A DNA stretch of 64,000 nucleotides from a virus: positions 32,001-96,000 of the IMG/VR virus record IMGVR_UViG_3300044716_001642; one strand, 5' to 3'. The position numbers and the translations under genes were made by a program. Each line of letters starts with the position of its first letter. The first letter of the stretch is position 1. The notes under the pieces are model-generated. The model searched no databases. It worked only from the letters and a program-made list of their open reading frames with translations, and was not told where the DNA came from. This document shows, piece after piece, positions 1 to 8,606 of this stretch.

Positions 1-996
1 GGGGCACCACGTTCCAAAAGCAGGAAGATTTTCACCGTCCACTGTTATACTGACGGATGTAGGGTATCCACACTGCGAAGATTCAGCCTCAGAGGTAGCT
101 TCGTGAGCCGTTCCAGAAAGTTTTACAAAATAAAGGTCATTTTCAACATCATGACTTAATGAATAGCTTATGCTGCATGAAATTGTATATTCAGAAGGAC
201 CGCCAGGTGGATATGTGACGGTAGCTGTTCCTTGAGCAGATACGTATCCAGAGCATCCATTTGTATCCCCGCTTCCGGATATGCTTCCGCCACCATTCGA
301 AGATCTACCATCAGCAGCTGATTCGGTTTCTGAAAAAGCACTGGTTAAAGTCCATGTTCCTCCTCTTAAATACGCATAGTATTTTTCTTTGCTTATTTCG
401 AAAACATTTTGACCAGAGGTGGGTCCATTGCACGGCTCGCAGCAGCCGCAATAAACATACGGCCTATATTCATCATCGTCTGTTTTCAAAACGGGTAGAG
501 TAAAATCTATCCCAACTGGGCAATTATTTATATAAAATTCCCATTTATTTTCATATAATTTTGTAACAAGCTCTGATTCTTTATCTTTTAAAATGTCTTT
601 TGAATCTTCCGTGATTGTTAACGTATCTATATCATAAGTGTACTGCGAAACTCTATTATTTGTTGATGTAATATCATTTGCGTCTTTTATTTTTGGCTTG
701 GCATGACTCATTCTCCAAAAAACTTGAAATAACTGATCAAATGTAAATTTGTAACTATATTCAGGTGATAAAACCGAAACCAGATTATCACTTGATTTAC
801 TTGGTATACTTTCGTAAGTTGTTTCTAAATCCCAATCAGAAAAAGTATTGTTTTCTTGGTCCTTTTCCAAGATTGGAAAAGGAAAACGATTGAATTTACT
901 AGAATTGTAGGCGTCCCATCCAGATTGACTGAATTCGGCAGTTTTCCCTTCGCTATCTTTCCAATTTGTTGTTGCAAATGCTACTTTATCTGGCAT
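1..996 (-). CDS. Putative virion/accessory protein with a Cys/Gly/Ser-rich C-terminal domain; 3' end runs off the window
   Basis: Not in the ORF track. Hand translation from ATG at 996 (MPDKVAFATTNWKD...) is open to position 1. The C-terminal part (CNGPTSGQNVFEISK...GGTWTL...FGTWCP) is paralogous to the C-terminus of 40419..42470. Confidence 0.8.
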   Translation of the reverse strand, partial: MPDKVAFATTNWKDSEGKTAEFSQSGWDAYNSSKFNRFPFPILEKDQENNTFSDWDLETTYESIPSKSSDNLVSVLSPEYSYKFTFDQLFQVFWRMSHAKPKIKDANDITSTNNRVSQYTYDIDTLTITEDSKDILKDKESELVTKLYENKWEFYINNCPVGIDFTLPVLKTDDDEYRPYVYCGCCEPCNGPTSGQNVFEISKEKYYAYLRGGTWTLTSAFSETESAADGRSSNGGGSISGSGDTNGCSGYVSAQGTATVTYPPGGPSEYTISCSISYSLSHDVENDLYFVKLSGTAHEATSEAESSQCGYPTSVSITVDGENLPAFGTWCP

Positions 997-1035
997 AATC
1001 TTGAATTGGTCAAGGTTTTTTTTTTATTTTTTTTG

Positions 1036-1245
1036 TTATAATCCGGTAACTGGATCTCTCAGTACGGAACCGTCCGCGCTATTATAGATTGGTTGACCGT
1101 TTCCATTGTCATATGGAAAAAATTTATCAAAAACTAAATCAAATTCTTTATAGCCCGCAGCTGACATAGGAAAATGTGCGCCGGTAATGGTAAAATTTTT
1201 ATTTAAATTACCATTGGCATTTTCTACTTTAATATTGAAGTCCAT
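1036..1245 (-). CDS. Hypothetical protein
   Basis: 69-aa ORF in tandem with 1..996. Confidence 0.6.
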   Translation of the reverse strand: MDFNIKVENANGNLNKNFTITGAHFPMSAAGYKEFDLVFDKFFPYDNGNGQPIYNSADGSVLRDPVTGL

Positions 1246-1339
1246 AATGTTTTTTTTGAATTTTCTATATACCTAATATATACTTATATAAGAATATTTA
1301 TATTTTTTTTAAAAAAAACTAATACCCAGCTTATTATAT

Positions 1340-2443
1340 ATGATGCAGCAAAATTATATTCTTATTCCGCATTTTTATCGCTTGAACTGGGCGAGAGAAA
1401 TGAGCGAGTTCTTGAAAAATTCTGGACGTTTCCAATGTTATGGCAAGGACTTCCAATATGGAAATTACTCCAAAGCGGGCAAATTGAGAGATGAATATTT
1501 AAATTCTTTATTAGATAATTCTGCTAAAATACAAGGCGGTGCGCTATTTTTTGTAAATCTGAATGATTATATTTACTTCAATAGAAGAACTGAACTTAAA
1601 GAAAAATTCAAAATAGCAGGTTTTATGAGAGGCTCAAGATACTTCGAAGGAGAGCCTGGAAATGCTTCTATTGGAAAAGATTCATTAGTTGATATGCAAA
1701 ATTTAGAAGGCGAGGCTTTGAAAGAGGTTGATCAACTTTTTTTAGGAAGTAAAGCTTTCTGTTCTTTTTTAACAAGTAAAGTAACAAATTTAGACATTGG
1801 CAAAATAAACATACTCGGAATACCAATTTTTATACCGCCGTATTATTTAGGAAAAACTCATGAAGAGGTAAAAAGTTTTCAAATACAAAAAAGTAAAGAC
1901 CTGATTATCTGGAATCATAGATTGCAGAAGCAGAAGAATCCTTGGGTGCTGTTTGCACTCGACCAGTTTGTAAAAGAGAGGATAGCTGTTTGTACGCCAG
2001 AAGCTTTAAGTGCAGCTTATTCAGTTGAGATGAAGCATCATGAATTAACCTTCAATAAAATTGTTAGAGACAACGGCAAAAAGCGTGACTCATATCTTGA
2101 GTGCTTGAAGAAGTCGAGTTTTGTCCTGAGTTTTGCAGAGCATGAAACTTGGGGGAACTCTATGATAGAGGCTATCATGCAAGGAGCAACTCCTCTTGCT
2201 CCAGATGGCGAATTGTGCGCGTATAAAGATTTATACCCAAAAGAGTTCCTGTATCCCGCCTCTTGGATTAAAAAAGAAAAAAATATCGACAAAAGAAAAG
2301 AGAATATGAAAAAGCTGTCAACACATATAGATAACTTTATGAAATATGATCATTCTCTTTTATTGAATGATTCACAGGATGATTTATGGTCAAAATACAA
2401 TAAAGACCAATGGTTGAAAAATTTAGTAAATCTTTTAAATTAA
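1340..2443 (+). CDS. GT-B glycosyltransferase, GTDC1/QTMAN (DUF3524-associated)-like
   Basis: IIWNHRLQKQKNP and HETWGNSMIEAIMQGATPLAP...YKDLYPKEFLY resemble the GTDC1-type WxHRWxxDKxP and [21 protein letters not shown]...YPEIFPAEYLY motifs (recalled, not searched). Confidence 0.75.
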   Translation: MMQQNYILIPHFYRLNWAREMSEFLKNSGRFQCYGKDFQYGNYSKAGKLRDEYLNSLLDNSAKIQGGALFFVNLNDYIYFNRRTELKEKFKIAGFMRGSRYFEGEPGNASIGKDSLVDMQNLEGEALKEVDQLFLGSKAFCSFLTSKVTNLDIGKINILGIPIFIPPYYLGKTHEEVKSFQIQKSKDLIIWNHRLQKQKNPWVLFALDQFVKERIAVCTPEALSAAYSVEMKHHELTFNKIVRDNGKKRDSYLECLKKSSFVLSFAEHETWGNSMIEAIMQGATPLAPDGELCAYKDLYPKEFLYPASWIKKEKNIDKRKENMKKLSTHIDNFMKYDHSLLLNDSQDDLWSKYNKDQWLKNLVNLLN

Positions 2444-2449
2444 AAAAAA

Positions 2450-2758
2450 TTACCAAACGCATTCAAAGCCAGCATAAAAAGCGGTGGTTTGAGCATTTTC
2501 AATAAAAATTTCCTTTATAGGGCCACCTTTTATCCAATAATCGTGAAAGGTTTTTGCTAAAATATCACCGGAATAATGTAGCGCATTTTCATTATTTGAG
2601 AAAAGTTGTGCCTTTAATTCCCCGTGATCGTTTGTCATCTGTCTTAATTTATTAGAGAAGTCAATAAAGTTGAACCTACCTGCGTTTAGGCATCTACCGG
2701 CATTTAATTTTAAGTCAGCAGGAATTGATTTTTCTATGTTTTTTAAAATATCTTCCAT
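2450..2758 (-). CDS. Hypothetical protein
   Basis: 102-aa ORF in a tightly packed minus-strand run. Confidence 0.6.
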   Translation of the reverse strand: MEDILKNIEKSIPADLKLNAGRCLNAGRFNFIDFSNKLRQMTNDHGELKAQLFSNNENALHYSGDILAKTFHDYWIKGGPIKEIFIENAQTTAFYAGFECVW

Positions 2759-2765
2759 ATTCTCA

Positions 2766-3023
2766 TTAGCCCTCCCAGCTTTTTGCTGTTTCTATTGCGA
2801 GAAATAATTTGTCAGTATCGAAATCTGGAGTGAGTGCTAAAATTCTTAAATCTTTTTCATCTATTAAAACCCTAAGCGCCGAATTAATTTTAGAAATTGC
2901 CTTGTTTTCCTCGCCTTTTTCGCATCGTAAAACTATAACATCTTTTTCATTAATTTTTGAATATGGTACAATTTCCACTAATGGAGAAAGATTATATTCT
3001 TTATCAAAATTTATATTATTCAT
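2766..3023 (-). CDS. Hypothetical protein
   Basis: 85-aa ORF in the same run. Confidence 0.6.
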   Translation of the reverse strand: MNNINFDKEYNLSPLVEIVPYSKINEKDVIVLRCEKGEENKAISKINSALRVLIDEKDLRILALTPDFDTDKLFLAIETAKSWEG

Positions 3024-3040
3024 ATTGCGAATCTTTGTTT

Positions 3041-3667
3041 TTACTTTTTGTTTTTTTGTTGTCTTGATTTCCTTGGAACTTTTTTAGTTTTCTTTATATT
3101 CTTTTTTGATTCTTCTTCATAAGTGAGTAATTCTCGCAAATTTTGAATTGCGTCATGGTCTTGGAAATATAGTTCAGTAAATTGCAACAGCTTCAAAGAT
3201 GTCCAATCCTGCATTAATTTTATTATCTCAGAGGCGTTTCCATTTAAATCCTGAACATATGATTCAAAGATTTGTTTATCATGTTCGTCTGGACTGAACA
3301 TATTATTTACATCTCTTATCATAGAGATAATTTCTTCATTATTGTAAAATCCATATACAGGAGAAGTCTCCGACTGTTGATCGCCTATTTGGGAGAATAA
3401 TTGAAAGTAAAAATAGTTTTTATTTTCTTGATTTAAATCTTCTATCTTCAAACAATAACATATATAAAAATATCTGAAGGATTTTAAAACTTTTTCAATT
3501 TGCGTTTTAGACCCGCATTCTTTTATTATTGAATTTATTTCTTCATTACTTTGTAGGAGGCTATAAGATGGAAACAACGCTTTAGATGGGCAAAACGCAA
3601 AATTCAAGGAAGCTGAAAATTGATTGAGATTTGGATTTTTATTTTCGTTATTTGATATTTTTTTCAT
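3041..3667 (-). CDS. Hypothetical protein
   Basis: 208-aa ORF with a basic C-terminal tail. Confidence 0.65.
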   Translation of the reverse strand: MKKISNNENKNPNLNQFSASLNFAFCPSKALFPSYSLLQSNEEINSIIKECGSKTQIEKVLKSFRYFYICYCLKIEDLNQENKNYFYFQLFSQIGDQQSETSPVYGFYNNEEIISMIRDVNNMFSPDEHDKQIFESYVQDLNGNASEIIKLMQDWTSLKLLQFTELYFQDHDAIQNLRELLTYEEESKKNIKKTKKVPRKSRQQKNKK

Positions 3668-3739
3668 TTTCCGTGTATACGTGATATAATATATTATACT
3701 TTTAATTATTTAACAAGCAAAAAAAATATAAAAAAACAT

Positions 3740-4357
3740 ATGGAAATTAGCAATAATCAAATTCACTCAATGGAAAAAACTTTTTTTAAAAATTCTGATG
3801 AATTGCCTCGTTTAACTACGCTTGGTTTTGAAGTGAAGCGTGTTCCTGTTGAAATTTTTAATATAATTAAAGATGCGTATAATTCTCTTAAAGATTCTGC
3901 TCGTGATGAGAATGCAGGTTTGGGTTTTATAAAAAACGCTTCTGGAAGCATTGCTACAGAGATTATGTCTTTGGATCAATTTCCAGAGATTCGAGAGTCG
4001 ATACTTCAAGGATTGCTTTCTGAGCATGAAGCTTGGGCTGACGTTGATTTGAGTCCAATAGCATGTTATGGAATAAGAAGTTACAAAAATGGCTCTACAT
4101 TAAAGATGCATAAGGACAAGGTAGAAACCCACCATATTTCTTGTATCATCATTGTGGATGAAGACGGTGAAAAATGGCCTTTAGATATAAAAGACCATAC
4201 TGGAAAGCTGCATCATGTTTACGCCAAGCCTGGCGATATGATTATGTATGAGTCAGCAGTTTGCGAGCATGGAAGAACAACTCCGTATCCTGGAAATTTT
4301 TTCAGAAATATGTTTGTGCATTATAGTTTTAAGAACTTGATTTACAAACCGGAATAA
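3740..4357 (+). CDS. 2OG-Fe(II) oxygenase (phage type)
   Basis: GIRSYKNGSTLKMHKD (HxD), KPGDMIMYESAVCEHGR (distal His), NMFVHY. Confidence 0.8.
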   Translation: MEISNNQIHSMEKTFFKNSDELPRLTTLGFEVKRVPVEIFNIIKDAYNSLKDSARDENAGLGFIKNASGSIATEIMSLDQFPEIRESILQGLLSEHEAWADVDLSPIACYGIRSYKNGSTLKMHKDKVETHHISCIIIVDEDGEKWPLDIKDHTGKLHHVYAKPGDMIMYESAVCEHGRTTPYPGNFFRNMFVHYSFKNLIYKPE

Positions 4358-5741
4358 TCGGTTTAGAATAAATTGTATCTTTATTGGTCGTGTTATCTTT
4401 TATCTCGTCGTTAAAAAGTAAACGCCATCTCATTCTTTGAAAGTTGCTATTGCAATGAAAACTCCATAAGGAATTAATAAGTTCTTTTTTTGTAATATTT
4501 TTTCTTTCATCAATCAGGTCTAAAACTTTATCGTATTTAGCAGGGACATTGCCAATTTTATTTTTAATTGATTCTATTATTTTCGTGTTAAATACTGAGT
4601 CATCAGGTACAAATAATGTTTTCAACTTTGGACTAGAATATATTGTTGATGTTCCAATTTTATCGCGGTCAAGTAGTAAAATAATTTTATTTTTTAACTC
4701 TAAAGCATTTTTATGAAAAAAAACTGGGGCATGCTCGTATTCCTTAAACATGTCTATATAAACTTCTCTTTCAGGAATAAGAGTATAACACCCGTTGTAT
4801 ATCGCATCCAAAGCCGCCATATTCCAAGTGGAATATCCTTTGTGATTGCAAACTGCAAAGTGGCTTTGCTGCATTAAATATCCATAATTTTCAAATGGAA
4901 GTTGCTCAATGTGAACGAATGGATACTTTTTAGCTATTTCGGAGCTTTCCTTGTTCGCGGCATCGGTTATCCACAAAACAAAATCTTGTCGTGTTTGATA
5001 TATCTCTTCGAATATTTTAACAACTTCTTTCCATTGAGTTGTTTGATTTAATCTATGATTGAATAAAACTATTTTTTTACCAGAAAATTTTGACAAATCT
5101 ACTGGATCATTTCCAAATTTAGTTGCCGATGGTCTAAAATATAAAACTTTGTCGTCTTTGATTTCTTCTATATCTTTACCATTTTCGCCAAACCTGGATT
5201 TAAATTCATTTTTAAATAGGGAAAAAGCATAATCATTATGGAATGCTGAATAGTCTGCGTCAATGAACCCCTCCGCTTCTCTATAAAAATATCCCCCAAG
5301 ATCTTCACCAAATTTTCTAGATTCTTGGCAGTCTATCCAGTGGAAAAAATTAATTATTATAGGCTTTTCTCTTTTCGCTGTATCAAATAAAGTTCTTAAT
5401 GAGCCGGTTACTTCCGGCTGATTATTGAGAATAAAGTCAATATCAGTAGTGTAAGGTATAGCGTCCAGTATATTTCTGCCATAGAAATCATATCTGTTCC
5501 TATGTATGCTAGTAGGATAGGGATAGTAAATGAAATCAATATTTGGATGTGCATCAAGAAACCATTGCTGTTCGTTTTTTTTAAAAACCTGCTCTGGAAC
5601 AATCCAAGTAAATCTATAATCTTTTGGAAAACTCTTGAGAAGCTGCTTTACATATATAAATCCGCTGTCTTTGTAGTAATAAAATTTTTTGCTGATCTTA
5701 TCTATGACCAGCGGATTCATGTAAATTAAACCTCTAAGCAT
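4329..5741 (-). CDS. GT-B glycosyltransferase, GTDC1/QTMAN-like, with a possible C-terminal winged-helix domain
   Basis: VLFNHRLNQTTQWK; STWNMAALDAIYNGCYTLIPEREVY..MF; helical tail YDKVLDLIDERKNITKKELINSLW. Confidence 0.7.
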   Translation of the reverse strand: MLRGLIYMNPLVIDKISKKFYYYKDSGFIYVKQLLKSFPKDYRFTWIVPEQVFKKNEQQWFLDAHPNIDFIYYPYPTSIHRNRYDFYGRNILDAIPYTTDIDFILNNQPEVTGSLRTLFDTAKREKPIIINFFHWIDCQESRKFGEDLGGYFYREAEGFIDADYSAFHNDYAFSLFKNEFKSRFGENGKDIEEIKDDKVLYFRPSATKFGNDPVDLSKFSGKKIVLFNHRLNQTTQWKEVVKIFEEIYQTRQDFVLWITDAANKESSEIAKKYPFVHIEQLPFENYGYLMQQSHFAVCNHKGYSTWNMAALDAIYNGCYTLIPEREVYIDMFKEYEHAPVFFHKNALELKNKIILLLDRDKIGTSTIYSSPKLKTLFVPDDSVFNTKIIESIKNKIGNVPAKYDKVLDLIDERKNITKKELINSLWSFHCNSNFQRMRWRLLFNDEIKDNTTNKDTIYSKPIIPVCKSSS

Positions 5742-5750
5742 TCTATAAAA

Positions 5751-5945
5751 TTATCCCAAATGCAAAAGTTTTAGTATGAGCTTTTTAAGCCATTGCAATT
5801 TGGATTCTGGCTTGGATCTAGTTTCTGATTTGTGACAATCCTTGTCGCAACTTCTGTTGCAACTTTTATCGCAACTTTTACCACAATTTTTTCGTGTTGT
5901 ATTTTTTCTTCTATTAAGAATATTTCTTGTTTGTCTTGTTTTCAT
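5751..5945 (-). CDS. Small basic protein with five Cys at 4-residue spacing
   Basis: CGKSCDKSCNRSCDKDCHKS. Confidence 0.55.
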   Translation of the reverse strand: MKTRQTRNILNRRKNTTRKNCGKSCDKSCNRSCDKDCHKSETRSKPESKLQWLKKLILKLLHLG

Positions 5946-5954
5946 AATATGATA

Positions 5955-6866
5955 TTATATTTCTTTTAACAAGTTTTTATACTCAAAAATTGCTAGATTT
6001 TTTGCTTTTGCTTCTACTTCTATATCTACGTTGTATAGTGAGAAAATTTTAGGAATGTGCTTTATGTAGTCTGAATGCGCCCTGTCGTCAGTTTTAGACT
6101 TTCCTTCTGAATGATGAAAGACTGGATTAACATTTTTCCAAGTTAGGGTTGCAGATTTAAAAGCATCGTCAAATGACAAAAGCGCATCTGGATTGCAAAT
6201 ATAATGAAGAGAATCAAAAACAACTGGAACATTGGGAAAATAAGAACGAATGTTTGAAACGGTCCAAAAGCCGGAATGCTCATTCTCAAACGTGAGTCTG
6301 TTAAGAACATTTGGTTTTAACTTTGCAAGTGACTCTTTAAAAAATGGAAGCAGTGGGATTGGATCTTTACCATTGCTGAGGTGAATATTTATATGGGCTG
6401 AGTGATCCTGCGGCAAACCAAGTTTGTCCATAAAATCTGCATGATGAATTAAGTTTTTGATTGAATTTTCCCTAACACTTGGATTGGAAGATCCGATGCT
6501 GCAGAACTGACCTGGATGCGTGGAGCATCTGCCGCCCATCTCATAATACTTTTCTAAACAAATTTTTGCAGAATCCCATTCTGATTGATTTGAATAAAAA
6601 CTGTCGTAGACATGTGAAAAATCTGGATGATCTCCAAGCGGAAAAAGATCAGAGGAGATGCGGTAAATCCAAATTTTTTTATCTATACAGTAGTTGATTA
6701 CTTTTTTTAGCTCTAACAGGTTGTTTTTATATATATCGACAAGTTTTTTTGGTGCTTGAGACTTATTTTTAGTACACCATGATAGTGTTGTGGATTTGAA
6801 TTTAGTGCCAATGTAATTTTCGTGCGGAAGCGAGATACAGCAAAAACCAATTCTTTGTTTAGTCAT
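5955..6866 (-). CDS. uvsE: UV DNA damage endonuclease (UvdE/UvsE)
   Basis: RIGFCCIS, YRISSDLFP, HPGQF, LTFENE, VVFDSLH, FHHSE, HSDYI, EVEAKAK. Confidence 0.92.
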   Translation of the reverse strand: MTKQRIGFCCISLPHENYIGTKFKSTTLSWCTKNKSQAPKKLVDIYKNNLLELKKVINYCIDKKIWIYRISSDLFPLGDHPDFSHVYDSFYSNQSEWDSAKICLEKYYEMGGRCSTHPGQFCSIGSSNPSVRENSIKNLIHHADFMDKLGLPQDHSAHINIHLSNGKDPIPLLPFFKESLAKLKPNVLNRLTFENEHSGFWTVSNIRSYFPNVPVVFDSLHYICNPDALLSFDDAFKSATLTWKNVNPVFHHSEGKSKTDDRAHSDYIKHIPKIFSLYNVDIEVEAKAKNLAIFEYKNLLKEI

Positions 6867-6869
6867 ATT

Positions 6870-7286
6870 TTATATATATGATATTTTTATTGGGCAGTCA
6901 ATCTGTATTAGCTCTATTCCTAATTTTTCAGCTAATTCTAATGAGGAACTGTCCTTATCGTATACATCAGCATAAATAACCTTTTTAATTCCATATGACG
7001 ATAGGGATTTTAGACAATCATTGCATGGAAGTAATGTAGTAGCGGCTAAGTAGCATTCATCTGGTCTGATGTATCTTAATGCATTTTGCTCTGCATGCAC
7101 CACAAATTTCCTTCTCCTGTCTCTATCAGTCCAATCTTCCTCTATTCCGGCTGGAAATCCATTAAAACCATGCGCCGCGACTGTGTTATTGTGTCTCAAT
7201 AGGGTACAACCAACCTTAACATATGGATCTTTTGATTTTAAAGATGCCACAGATGCTAAGGCTAGTGCATGTTGCTCCCAAGTCAT
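6870..7286 (-). CDS. dCMP deaminase (ComEB-like)
   Basis: SKDPYVKVGC, HAEQNAL, PCNDC zinc motifs. Confidence 0.9.
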   Translation of the reverse strand: MTWEQHALALASVASLKSKDPYVKVGCTLLRHNNTVAAHGFNGFPAGIEEDWTDRDRRRKFVVHAEQNALRYIRPDECYLAATTLLPCNDCLKSLSSYGIKKVIYADVYDKDSSSLELAEKLGIELIQIDCPIKISYI

Positions 7287-7288
7287 TT

Positions 7289-8365
7289 TTAAAGATTAAA
7301 ATAAATCTTGTGAACCAGTCCCATTTCCTTATCAAAGAGGGAAGATTCTACTCCTCTTGTGTTGCCGACATATCCCTTCTTCTTGTGCCAGAAGTCGCTG
7401 GCGGAAAGAGATGGCTTCCAGCATACTCGAACTCCTTGCAATTCCCTTTGTTGCATCATATGATAGTGACCAAGATGCCAGAAACGATGCTTGCAGTCAG
7501 CCCACAATCTTGATTCTTCAGTTGCCATAATACCAACCAAGTCAGCAACCTTTTCCTCATTTCCATGGGTATATCCGATCAAATTCTTTCCATAGCTGTA
7601 ATACTTTCTAGTCATTGGAGAATTATTGACCGTGACATTCTTATCATGCTCATACTTTACTTCAAGCAGATCGCCAAGCATAAATTCAGAAAGATGACCG
7701 TGATTACCAGAAACAATCACAACATCCACTGGCGCAACAGTTTTCAATTTTTCAATTGTCTCAATTACGATCTTTCGACCCTCTCGCAAGATTTTCTTGA
7801 ACCTTGAGTCGGTGTCTTGATGAGTTCCAGCCGTTGTGGTATTTTGCTCATTGTCAATCTGGAAGAAGTCATTGCCGAACGGAAATACAATCTTATTAAC
7901 TGGAAACTTAGAAACAGCATTGAGAGTATAATCAATTGATTTATTCAAAGCCATCGCAGCTTCCTTCATATCATAATGTTCCCCAGCTTCCTCAGCCCAT
8001 GCGAGTTTGCCCCAATGTAGATCGAATGGTGCAAATTCTAGAAGCATTCCGTTCTCCCTGTTTTTATACTTAATAGGTGATGATTTTTGAACATAACTTG
8101 AAAGCTCCCTCTTCAACTCGCTAATGTCTTGCCCAAGAATAGTCTTCTTCTTCAGATAAACTTTAAAATTATAGCCTCTTGTGTTTTCTTCAATGGTGTA
8201 ATGATCAACACTCCATTTTGATTCATCCACTCCACAAGCCTTCAAGGTTTGCTCTAAACTCTTACCTTCCGAGCATGGCATTGAAATTGATCCATCATCG
8301 GATACTGTATCTTCGAATGTTGGTTTTTTACTTTTCGCGCTTTTTGTCATTTTGTTGTTGTTCAT
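7289..8365 (-). CDS. Calcineurin-like metallophosphoesterase
   Basis: DLHWG, GNDFF, SGNH, YTHG, HLGHYH. Confidence 0.8.
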   Translation of the reverse strand: MNNNKMTKSAKSKKPTFEDTVSDDGSISMPCSEGKSLEQTLKACGVDESKWSVDHYTIEENTRGYNFKVYLKKKTILGQDISELKRELSSYVQKSSPIKYKNRENGMLLEFAPFDLHWGKLAWAEEAGEHYDMKEAAMALNKSIDYTLNAVSKFPVNKIVFPFGNDFFQIDNEQNTTTAGTHQDTDSRFKKILREGRKIVIETIEKLKTVAPVDVVIVSGNHGHLSEFMLGDLLEVKYEHDKNVTVNNSPMTRKYYSYGKNLIGYTHGNEEKVADLVGIMATEESRLWADCKHRFWHLGHYHMMQQRELQGVRVCWKPSLSASDFWHKKKGYVGNTRGVESSLFDKEMGLVHKIYFNL

Positions 8366-8371
8366 TTTAAA

Positions 8372-8569
8372 TTATTTTTTATTGCTCAACTTTTTAATCT
8401 TCAGCTTTGTTTTTTTTGATCCATGATGTTCCGACCATGAAAAGGGGGACATTGCGTCAAAGTCTTCATTTGTGGTATGAATATATTTCAATAAATTTTT
8501 AGAATCTTCGTTTTTAAATTTTTCAGATTCTACAAGTAAGGCAATTAGGATTTTCTCTTTCTTCGTCAT
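8372..8569 (-). CDS. Hypothetical protein
   Basis: 65-aa ORF in operon. Confidence 0.55.
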   Translation of the reverse strand: MTKKEKILIALLVESEKFKNEDSKNLLKYIHTTNEDFDAMSPFSWSEHHGSKKTKLKIKKLSNKK

Positions 8570-8606
8570 TTTTTATGAAACTGTCAAGATTATTTTTATT
8601 TTTTTA

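Noticed and set aside
3740-4357. TET/JBP DNA dioxygenase
   Set aside because: The motifs fit the common small phage 2OG-Fe(II) oxygenases rather than TET/JBP; it is kept only as a possible partner in the GT hypothesis
8582-8587. TTGACA upstream of 8372..8569
   Set aside because: There is no plausible -10 element at 16-18 nt spacing
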